This document shows, in pieces, positions 44,761 to 52,009 of a stretch of 64,000 bases of DNA. Numbering within the stretch: position 1 is the first letter of the stretch; every line of letters starts with the position of its first letter. Below the pieces are notes generated by a model. The model worked only from the letters and a program-made list of their open reading frames with translations, was not told the origin of the DNA and did not search any database. A program made the translations under genes and the position numbers. This stretch comes from a bacterium (GTDB taxonomy: Bacteria; Lindowbacteria; 2-12-FULL-62-27): positions 16,955-80,954 of the forward strand of contig JACQOF010000097.1 of NCBI GenBank assembly GCA_016202645.1, written 5' to 3'.

Positions 44761-45999
44761 TTACGGAAGGAAGCGACTCCGCACAGAGGGTTCTGGCAGT
44801 CGGCAGGCATCGTAGCGCCCAAACCACTTGTAACGATTCCTGGCGACCCACCGATAAACCACATCGCGTATCGCCTGAGGCACGACCCTCGATCCTGAAA
44901 CCACGCGCCAAAAGCCGCCGAGATCATCCAGCATTTCAAGAACAGCTTGGGATCGAATCGCAACCGATTCTTCCGGCGTTCCAAAGCTCCGAACAACTAT
45001 AATTGTTTGAAGATCCCGCTCGATTCCGGGATGCCGAGCCAGAACTGCCGCGGCTGTTTCGCCTTGTAATGGAGCGAATTTGAAACTTCCCATCGTGTCC
45101 TGGTCCAGGAGAAATTGGACGGTTCTATCACAGAGTCCGCAAACACCGTCAAACAGAACGACCCCTATCCCAGCCGTCCGAACACGAGGCGGCAGCCACG
45201 ACGGATCGAAAGTGAATAGATGGATCATCAACATTCCAAAAGTCAGATCGGCAAAATCCACTATCGACAAAATTCCGAAGTGCATCGCCACCATTGACAG
45301 CCATGCCAGGGGCCGCGTTTTCGGATGGAGACAGAGAGGAAGGAACGCTATTTCCATGACCAACGATCCCCATGTTGCGCACCTCAAGACCCATGTCGGC
45401 AACCCCAGAAAAATCTCTCTGACGCATCCGGGTCGGGCAAGCGGATTGCTCGCCACGTGTATGAGCGCCGTTCCATCAACCCAACTCGGACTCGATAGTT
45501 TCACAATTCCGCTGAATGAGTAACCGGCCGCCATTAACATCCATGCAGTCACAAAAAGACTCGCCGGCATTCTCCAATCCGCCTTGGTTTTTGCCTGTCG
45601 TAGTAAAGCCGGCTCTCCCGGGGGAATAATGGCGGAAAAAAGCAAGAGAAGTCCTACATAAGGAATCGACGGATTGCCGATCAAATTATTCCTGTTGTAC
45701 AGACAGGCCCATCCGAACCATAAGAGGAGCGCACATCCCTGACGGAAAATCCCAAGCGTGTACGCGGCAGAAATGAGCAGTAACAAACTCAGAAAGGTGG
45801 TCACACTTCCTGGTGAATCCCATCGCTCAAGCGGGTTTGGAAGAATCCCGTGTGTGAAGTTCAGAGTGGAGTCCGCCACGACGCCTTTATCGCTGAAGAG
45901 TTCGGTTCCGTATGGGATCAGGCCGGAAAAATGGACACACAGATACAAACCAAACACGATCCGAAATGCGGCAAACTGATATTTTGAAACCGGATTCAT
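44761..45999 (-). CDS. Fusion of HTTM-like (vitamin-K-dependent gamma-carboxylase-related) membrane domain and DCC-family thiol-disulfide oxidoreductase (DUF393)
   Basis: The N-terminal polytopic region starts FAAFRIVFGLYLCVHF. C-terminal VVLFDGVCGLCDRTVQFLLDQD (CxxC). Start set at MNPVSKY, which forms an ATGA overlap with the upstream stop at 45996-45999. Confidence 0.65.
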   Translation of the reverse strand: MNPVSKYQFAAFRIVFGLYLCVHFSGLIPYGTELFSDKGVVADSTLNFTHGILPNPLERWDSPGSVTTFLSLLLLISAAYTLGIFRQGCALLLWFGWACLYNRNNLIGNPSIPYVGLLLLFSAIIPPGEPALLRQAKTKADWRMPASLFVTAWMLMAAGYSFSGIVKLSSPSWVDGTALIHVASNPLARPGCVREIFLGLPTWVLRCATWGSLVMEIAFLPLCLHPKTRPLAWLSMVAMHFGILSIVDFADLTFGMLMIHLFTFDPSWLPPRVRTAGIGVVLFDGVCGLCDRTVQFLLDQDTMGSFKFAPLQGETAAAVLARHPGIERDLQTIIVVRSFGTPEESVAIRSQAVLEMLDDLGGFWRVVSGSRVVPQAIRDVVYRWVARNRYKWFGRYDACRLPEPSVRSRFLP

Positions 46000-46565
46000 G
46001 GAAAACACTCCGGCCGGAGAAGCCATGTGTCCGATCTCCCCCGCGTCTTTGTCCTGATGACTATGCTCACCCTTTGGGTATCTTCCGGTAAACCAAACTC
46101 TTTTCGCAGAGGGCCCGTGGCTCCGAAACCAGAACAAAAAACCGATTCGAAAAGCCTTTGTGGAATTCGAGGGGCGTAGGACAGCGCCGCGCCATAGACA
46201 TTGCGGCGATTATAAGGACCGCCCATGTGTTGATACAATTCAGGAGTAATCGAGATTTCCAGTTGCTGACCTGACGAGGTTTCTACACGCATCTCAAAAT
46301 CGGATGCGAAAGTTTCCAATCCCTCAACGTCGGAAAAAACTTTGGGTAGGGGCGACGCGGCTGTCGCGGCCCCCACTCCCCTCAAAATCTTGGACCCTGC
46401 GATGTATCCAGCCATTTGAAGAAGACCTACGATTAAAAGAACAACGGCGGCGGCATCACGCCAATCTATTTTGCGCCGTTGACTTTCTTTGTCGGTCGGA
46501 GCCATTGCAAAAACATACCATCTCAAATCGCCGAAGGGGAGAACCCCTTTCTCCCCTTCGGGCAT
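45996..46565 (-). CDS. Hypothetical membrane-anchored protein
   Basis: One N-terminal transmembrane helix (AAAVVLLIVGLLQMAGYIAG). Translationally coupled to the HTTM-DCC gene. An alternative start lies at 46505. Confidence 0.5.
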   Translation of the reverse strand: MPEGEKGVLPFGDLRWYVFAMAPTDKESQRRKIDWRDAAAVVLLIVGLLQMAGYIAGSKILRGVGAATAASPLPKVFSDVEGLETFASDFEMRVETSSGQQLEISITPELYQHMGGPYNRRNVYGAALSYAPRIPQRLFESVFCSGFGATGPLRKEFGLPEDTQRVSIVIRTKTRGRSDTWLLRPECFP

Positions 46566-46886
46566 CCCCTCTTACCCATTTCCCCTCTCGAATTTCAAAA
46601 TGACTTACGACTTTTTTCCGCTCCGATTTCACTGCCCTTTCACTGCCCTTTTCCCCCCGAAAAAGGGCGCTTTCGGGCAGTTGGCGCGTCCACGCGCGTG
46701 TTGACGAAACACGCGCTAACAGTTTGAATCACAAAAAGTTTTCCGCGCTTGTCGGAATTTTCGGAGTGGTCGGCGCCGGTCACTCCTAAGGACAAGGTCG
46801 GCGAGCGACTGCGCTCGGGATATACGTGCCAAATAGGGTGCATCGGGCGACAAGAAGAACAAGAAAACGCTGATGAGGTCAGAACG

Positions 46887-47588
46887 TCAATAATAAACCT
46901 TCATCAAACATAGTCCAGACGCCGGCGCGGCGTAGAGAGGTTCCCTGCGCGCCGATCCCAGCGCCGTTTCCACGAGGTAGGCGACCATCCGGCGGACCAT
47001 GCGGTGGAGGAAGGCGTCGGCGACGAAGCGGATCCGCAGTTCGTCGCGTGTACGCTGGATGACGACGTGTTTCAAGGTTCGCGTCGTGTTCATTTTCCTC
47101 GCCCGGCGAATGGTGAATACGGAAAAATCTTTTGTTCCCCGGAGCGTACCGGCTATTCGGCGCAGATTTTCCGGCGTGATCCGGGCGGCTTTCGGACAAT
47201 GCCAGACAAGCGGCGCGCGGAACGGATCCGGAATGGGTGAAACGAGGATCCGGTAGAGGTACTCCCGGGCGCCCGCGCTGTTTCTGGCGTCAAATTTTTT
47301 GGAGACCCGACGGGCTCCGAGAACGGAAATATCCGCCGGGAGGAGGCCGTTCAGGATCCTGGGAAGGTCTCGAACGGCGGGCCGGGTTTTTTGAACGTCG
47401 AAGTGCGCCACCTGTCCGGCGGCGTGGACGCCCGCGTCCGTTCGGCCTGCGCCGGTGATTTGAATTCTGCGATCATAGAGTTTCGACAGCGCATCCTCCA
47501 CCACAGCCTGGATGCTGACGCCCTTGGATTGCCTCTGCCAGCCGACGTAGCGGGCGCCGACGTAGGCGAGGTCCAGTCGGACACGCAT
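46887..47588 (-). CDS. truA: tRNA pseudouridine(38-40) synthase
   Basis: MRVRLDLAYVGARYVGWQRQ and GAGRTDAGVHA (catalytic Asp). Confidence 0.9.
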   Translation of the reverse strand: MRVRLDLAYVGARYVGWQRQSKGVSIQAVVEDALSKLYDRRIQITGAGRTDAGVHAAGQVAHFDVQKTRPAVRDLPRILNGLLPADISVLGARRVSKKFDARNSAGAREYLYRILVSPIPDPFRAPLVWHCPKAARITPENLRRIAGTLRGTKDFSVFTIRRARKMNTTRTLKHVVIQRTRDELRIRFVADAFLHRMVRRMVAYLVETALGSARREPLYAAPASGLCLMKVYY

Positions 47589-47590
47589 TG

Positions 47591-48112
47591 TTACCAGGCG
47601 AGGAATGGCCCGGTCCCGAGCATCGCCAGACCGCAGAGCAGGCCCACAATCGCAGCCGCGGCCGCGCCGGCCGCGACGTCGTCGATCACGATGCCGAGGC
47701 CGCCCGGCAGGCGCTGGATGCTTCTAATGCCGAGCGGTTTTTGAATATCGAAATACCGGAAAAGCAAAAATGCCGCGAGGAGGGTGGAGTGCCAGGGATC
47801 GGAGAATCGAAAAGCCGCATAGGGCAAATAGGCAATCAGCATGCCCACAACCTCGTCCAGGACGATGACGTGCGGGTCGATCTCGCCCAGGGCTTTTTCG
47901 GCCCGGGTGCAGATTGGAATGGAGACCGCCGTGAGGAGCAGGCAAATACCCAAATAGGGCCAGAAACCGGACAGGGCTAAAAAGTGGGCGAGGGGCAGGG
48001 TGACGAGTGACGCGGCTGTTCCGGGAATTTTGGGAATGCGGCCGATGCCGAAGAGGGTGGCGATGAGTACCGAGAGAGGACTTGCGTCAGCTCTGTTCGC
48101 TGCCGGTGACAA
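47591..48112 (-). CDS. pgpA: Phosphatidylglycerophosphatase A
   Basis: GIGRIPKIPGTAASL and DIQKPLGIRSIQRLPGGLGIVIDDVAAG. Confidence 0.85.
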   Translation of the reverse strand: MSPAANRADASPLSVLIATLFGIGRIPKIPGTAASLVTLPLAHFLALSGFWPYLGICLLLTAVSIPICTRAEKALGEIDPHVIVLDEVVGMLIAYLPYAAFRFSDPWHSTLLAAFLLFRYFDIQKPLGIRSIQRLPGGLGIVIDDVAAGAAAAAIVGLLCGLAMLGTGPFLAW

Positions 48113-48695
48113 GATGTTTGTAGTTTTTGACGAGGTATTCGATGCCGGAATAGACGGTGATGGCGGTGGTGGTGTAGAGGCAGATGTCGACGCCGAGATG
48201 GGCCATTCGCATGTACGGTGCGAGGGCGACGGCCTGTCCGAGCCGGACGGCGTTTTCCGCGAGGGCGACGATGAGGATGTAATGCAGACTGACCATCTGG
48301 ACGATGGTTTTGAGTTTCCCGATGGTTTCGGCGCCGACCGTGACGCCGTCGGCGGCGGCCAGAAGACGCAGGCCCGTCACGGAAAATTCGCGGGCGATGA
48401 TGAGCGCGACCGGCCATGCCGGGACGCGGACGAAGGGGGAGTCGACGAACACCACGAGCGCGGCCGCGATGAGGATTTTGTCGGCGATCGGGTCCATGAA
48501 GCGGCCGAGCCGGGTGATGGCGCCGTATTTTCTTGCGAGGTATCCGTCGACGATGTCGGTGACGGACGCGAGGATGAAAATCCCGAGTCCGGCGGCCTGC
48601 GCCCAGAGACAGCGTTCATAACTTTCCGCGGCGAGAAAGCAGAGCGCGAGGACGATGCGCAGGGCCGTGAGGATATTGGGAAGGCGGTTGATCAT
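48087..48695 (-). CDS. pgsA: CDP-diacylglycerol--glycerol-3-phosphate 3-phosphatidyltransferase
   Basis: CDP-alcohol phosphatidyltransferase motif DIVDGYLARKYGAITRLGRFMDPIADK. Start placed at MINRLPNILT. The ORF-track N-terminal 65 aa are P/R/G-rich and implausible. Confidence 0.85.
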   Translation of the reverse strand: MINRLPNILTALRIVLALCFLAAESYERCLWAQAAGLGIFILASVTDIVDGYLARKYGAITRLGRFMDPIADKILIAAALVVFVDSPFVRVPAWPVALIIAREFSVTGLRLLAAADGVTVGAETIGKLKTIVQMVSLHYILIVALAENAVRLGQAVALAPYMRMAHLGVDICLYTTTAITVYSGIEYLVKNYKHLVTGSEQS

Positions 48696-48744
48696 CCCGC
48701 TCCCACCCGTCCATGGGTTCGCGGGATTCCCTCCATCCGGTCGG

Positions 48745-49548
48745 TCATTGGGTTTCCTCGTCGGGCGATCTGGACCGGAACCTCTGCAGGTCCCGGCCCC
48801 GGGGCGATTCGGCGGCGAGGACGCCGTCCGCCTGGGCGCTGAATATTCTGTCGTAGACTTTCTCGGTGTGAACGGGGATATCCTCGCCATCGAGCACGAA
48901 TTTAAGCCCGTTGGTGTTGCCGATGCGAACGCGCAGACGCTCCGAAAAACTCACGTTCACGACTTCACCCGCACTCAGAATTTTTTCCACAGACTGTCCG
49001 TCCGCCTCCCAGAACATCCAGACATCCTCCAAAGCGCGAATCTGGGCGGAGTGTCCACCGGCTTCAGCCGGTTTCTCCGGCGCGGCCGCATCGCCGTCCG
49101 TCGTCTGTTTCATTTCGCTTTCCGGCTCCGGCTGGAATATTTCAACCGTTGACCGGAAAAAGCCCACCTTGAATAGATACATGCCGCCGGCCACAACCAG
49201 AACACCCGCGAGCGCGAGAAGGGCCGAAGAGGGACCGGTTCCGGGCTGCGTCTCGCGCGGTGTCGGCTCCGGTTCCGCCTCCGCCTGCTCCTGCGGTTTA
49301 TCTGCCGGGGTCTCGGCGGAATCCTCGAGAAGCGGCATGACCTGGGATTCGTCGATCCGCAGAAAGCGCGCATACGTCCGGATAAAATTCCGCGCGTAGA
49401 TGGGCGCGTCGAACACGGCCAGATCGCCCTCCTCAATAGCCTTCAGAAACGTCATCTTGACCCGCGTGCGGTCGGCGACGTTCTGGAGGGTGAGCCGGCG
49501 GCTCTCGCGGGCGTTCTTGAGGAGCGCTCCGATGGTTTTGCTATCCAC
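48745..49548 (-). CDS. rodZ: RodZ-like cytoskeleton protein (HTH + TM + DUF4115)
   Basis: N-terminal HTH IGALLKNARESRRLTLQNVADRTRVKMTFLKAIEEGD, a central transmembrane helix, and a C-terminal beta-rich domain. Confidence 0.7.
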   Translation of the reverse strand: MDSKTIGALLKNARESRRLTLQNVADRTRVKMTFLKAIEEGDLAVFDAPIYARNFIRTYARFLRIDESQVMPLLEDSAETPADKPQEQAEAEPEPTPRETQPGTGPSSALLALAGVLVVAGGMYLFKVGFFRSTVEIFQPEPESEMKQTTDGDAAAPEKPAEAGGHSAQIRALEDVWMFWEADGQSVEKILSAGEVVNVSFSERLRVRIGNTNGLKFVLDGEDIPVHTEKVYDRIFSAQADGVLAAESPRGRDLQRFRSRSPDEETQ

Positions 49549-51904
49549 GAATTTCTTCCTCCTCGCGCTGTCGGGCCGGCGCGGCGATCAACACGTCCCG
49601 CGGCGTGGGGCCCTTGTTGGGCCCGACCACGCCGTCCTTTTCCAGCATGTCGATGATTTTCGCGGCGCGGTTGAAACCGACCTTGAACTTTCGCTGAAGC
49701 ATCGACACGGATCCCTTGCGGATGTCGATGGTGAAGCGTTTCGCCGCCTCGTAGAGCTGGGGGTCGATGTCCTCTGCGCCGTCCGCGACGGCCTGCGTCG
49801 TCGCGGCGTCAAGGCTCGGCATCATGCCTTCCGGAATTTCGTCGAAATCGACGTACGCGGGCTTCATCTGGTTCCGGATAAAATCGACGGCGCGCCGGAT
49901 TTCCTCCTCATCAACGTACGCGCCCTGCAGGCGCACGGGTTTCGGGGCGGTCGGAGAAAGAAAGAGCATGTCCCCGCGGCCCAGCAGGGTCTCGGCACCC
50001 TTGGCGTCGAGGATCGTGCGGGCGTCGAACTGGGACGCGACCTGAAACGCGATGCGCGCGGGCATGTTGGCCTTGATGAGTCCGGTGATGACGTCGACGC
50101 TGGGGCGTTGGGTGGCGAGGACGAGATGGATCCCGACGGCGCGGGACATCTGCGACAGGCGCGTGATGGCGCCTTCGGTTTCTCGCGGCGCGACCAGCAT
50201 CAGATCGGCCAGTTCGTCGACGACTAGGACGATGTAGGGCATGGGGACCATGCCGAGTTTGACCTGTTCGGCGTTGTAGCTCTCGAGGTTTTTCGATCCG
50301 GAATCCGACAGGATATTGTACCGGCTTTCCATTTCGATCATCAGCCATTTGAAGGCGCGCGCGGCGCCTTTGGCGTCGAGGATCGGCTGGGAAAGGAGGT
50401 GCGGGATTTCGGAGAACATCGAGAGTTCCACCCGTTTGGGGTCGATTAAAATCAGCCGGAGGTTGGCGGGCGTGAGGCGGAAGAGGAGCGTGAGGAGGAG
50501 ACTGCCGATGCAGATGGATTTGCCCGATCCGGTCGCGCCGGCGATGAGGATGTGGGGCATTTTCTGAAGATCGATGATGACGGGCTTGCCATGAATATTT
50601 TTTCCAAGCGCGAACGGCAGAATGAAGGATCCCTCGGTGAACTTTTCAAACGCCAAAAGCTCCCGAAGCTTGACGATTTTGGGTTTCGCGGTGGGGACTT
50701 CCACCCCGACCACCGATTTCCCGGGTATGGGGGCCTCGATCCGGACCGAATCGGCGGCCAGCGCGAGTTTGAGGTCGGCTTCCCGCGCGGCGATCCGGCT
50801 CACCGAAACGCCCGGCGCCGGGAGAACTTCGTAGAGCGTGACGGTCGGCCCTGGAACAATCTGGACGACCTGGGCATCGATGCCGAAATTTTTCAACGTG
50901 TCCTCGAGAATCTGCCCGGCGTTCTGAAGAGACTTCTGGTCGAGATCGCCGTCCTGGTCCTGGGGCCATTTCAAAAGTTCGAGCGGCGGAAGACGGTATC
51001 GCGCCAGGCCCTCCCGAAACTGGCGTTCTTCGGGGGTTTCGTCCTGCTGGGGTTTCCATTCCCTCACCGGAGATTTTTGGGGCTGGATGCTTGCCGGCCC
51101 CGAATCGGCGGCCGCGCGCGCCGGCATCGGAAACGGGATGGTTTTCGGAGAGGCCGGCGCGGAATCCGCCAAAGCCGCCGACGGCCGGGTCAGCGCCTCC
51201 GGCGCTCCAAGTGCCGGCGTCTCCGACGCCGGCCGGGGGACTTCGGGCGCCAAAAGCGGCGGTTTTTCTTTTCGGACGACTTCCGTTCGCAGTCCATCCG
51301 CGACCGGAATCGGTTTTTTGAATGCGCCGCGCTCTGTTGTGCTCCCCCACAGGTCACCGATCAGTGCGCTCAGCCGGCCAGGCAGGCTTCGCAGGAATTT
51401 CCAGACGAGGGGCCACCAAGCCGCGGGCAAAATCCCGATGAGCGCGAGGGCGCCAAGGAAGGAGAGGATAAGAGCGGAACCGGTTTTTCCAAAAACACCG
51501 AGCCGGGCGCCCAGCCACATGCCGAGCCGCCCGCCGGCGCGGGAATCATCCGGCCAGAGGAGAAAGAAGACGCCGCAGGAGAAGGCGAGCAGGAGGCCCG
51601 CGGCCGCCGCGGTCCGCCCCGGTTTTTCCTGAAAATTCTCGGGCGGGCGGGATAAGGCCAGGCCCGCGACAGCGAAAAAGGCGAGCGGGAAGAGCCACGC
51701 GGAGACGCCGAAGAGAAAGAATCCCCAGAAGGAAACAAGCGCGCCGAATTTTCCGCAGAGGTTGTGGATGCCGGGCTTGGAGGACATCGGCCAGTCGCCC
51801 TCGGAAAAGCTTCCGAGAGAAAGGGCAAACAAAATGCCCAGCAGAAGAAAAAACAGGCCGCTGACCCGTCTTACTGACATGACCCCATTGTTCCCCCCAT
51901 GCAT
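49541..51904 (-). CDS. ftsK: DNA translocase FtsK
   Basis: N-terminal transmembrane segments, a Pro-rich linker, Walker A ILIAGATGSGKS, LVVDELADLM, and the C-terminal gamma domain (SVSMLQRKFKVGFNRAAKIIDMLE). Confidence 0.9.
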   Translation of the reverse strand: MHGGNNGVMSVRRVSGLFFLLLGILFALSLGSFSEGDWPMSSKPGIHNLCGKFGALVSFWGFFLFGVSAWLFPLAFFAVAGLALSRPPENFQEKPGRTAAAAGLLLAFSCGVFFLLWPDDSRAGGRLGMWLGARLGVFGKTGSALILSFLGALALIGILPAAWWPLVWKFLRSLPGRLSALIGDLWGSTTERGAFKKPIPVADGLRTEVVRKEKPPLLAPEVPRPASETPALGAPEALTRPSAALADSAPASPKTIPFPMPARAAADSGPASIQPQKSPVREWKPQQDETPEERQFREGLARYRLPPLELLKWPQDQDGDLDQKSLQNAGQILEDTLKNFGIDAQVVQIVPGPTVTLYEVLPAPGVSVSRIAAREADLKLALAADSVRIEAPIPGKSVVGVEVPTAKPKIVKLRELLAFEKFTEGSFILPFALGKNIHGKPVIIDLQKMPHILIAGATGSGKSICIGSLLLTLLFRLTPANLRLILIDPKRVELSMFSEIPHLLSQPILDAKGAARAFKWLMIEMESRYNILSDSGSKNLESYNAEQVKLGMVPMPYIVLVVDELADLMLVAPRETEGAITRLSQMSRAVGIHLVLATQRPSVDVITGLIKANMPARIAFQVASQFDARTILDAKGAETLLGRGDMLFLSPTAPKPVRLQGAYVDEEEIRRAVDFIRNQMKPAYVDFDEIPEGMMPSLDAATTQAVADGAEDIDPQLYEAAKRFTIDIRKGSVSMLQRKFKVGFNRAAKIIDMLEKDGVVGPNKGPTPRDVLIAAPARQREEEEIRG

Positions 51905-51937
51905 TCCTGCAAGACTTCAACCGCCCGAATCAATTTT

Positions 51938-52001
51938 CGTCACCCCCGCGAATGCGGGGGTCCAGAGTGCGGTTCTGGATTCCCGCTTTCGCGGGAATGA
52001 C
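51938..52001. repeat. Double-hairpin palindromic intergenic repeat, copy D (short spacer, compensatory variant)
   Basis: cgtcACCCCCGCgaatGCGGGGGTccag...ctggATTCCCGCtttcGCGGGAATgac, between the ftsK start and the pnp stop. Confidence 0.8.
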
Positions 52002-52009
52002 AATCAATG

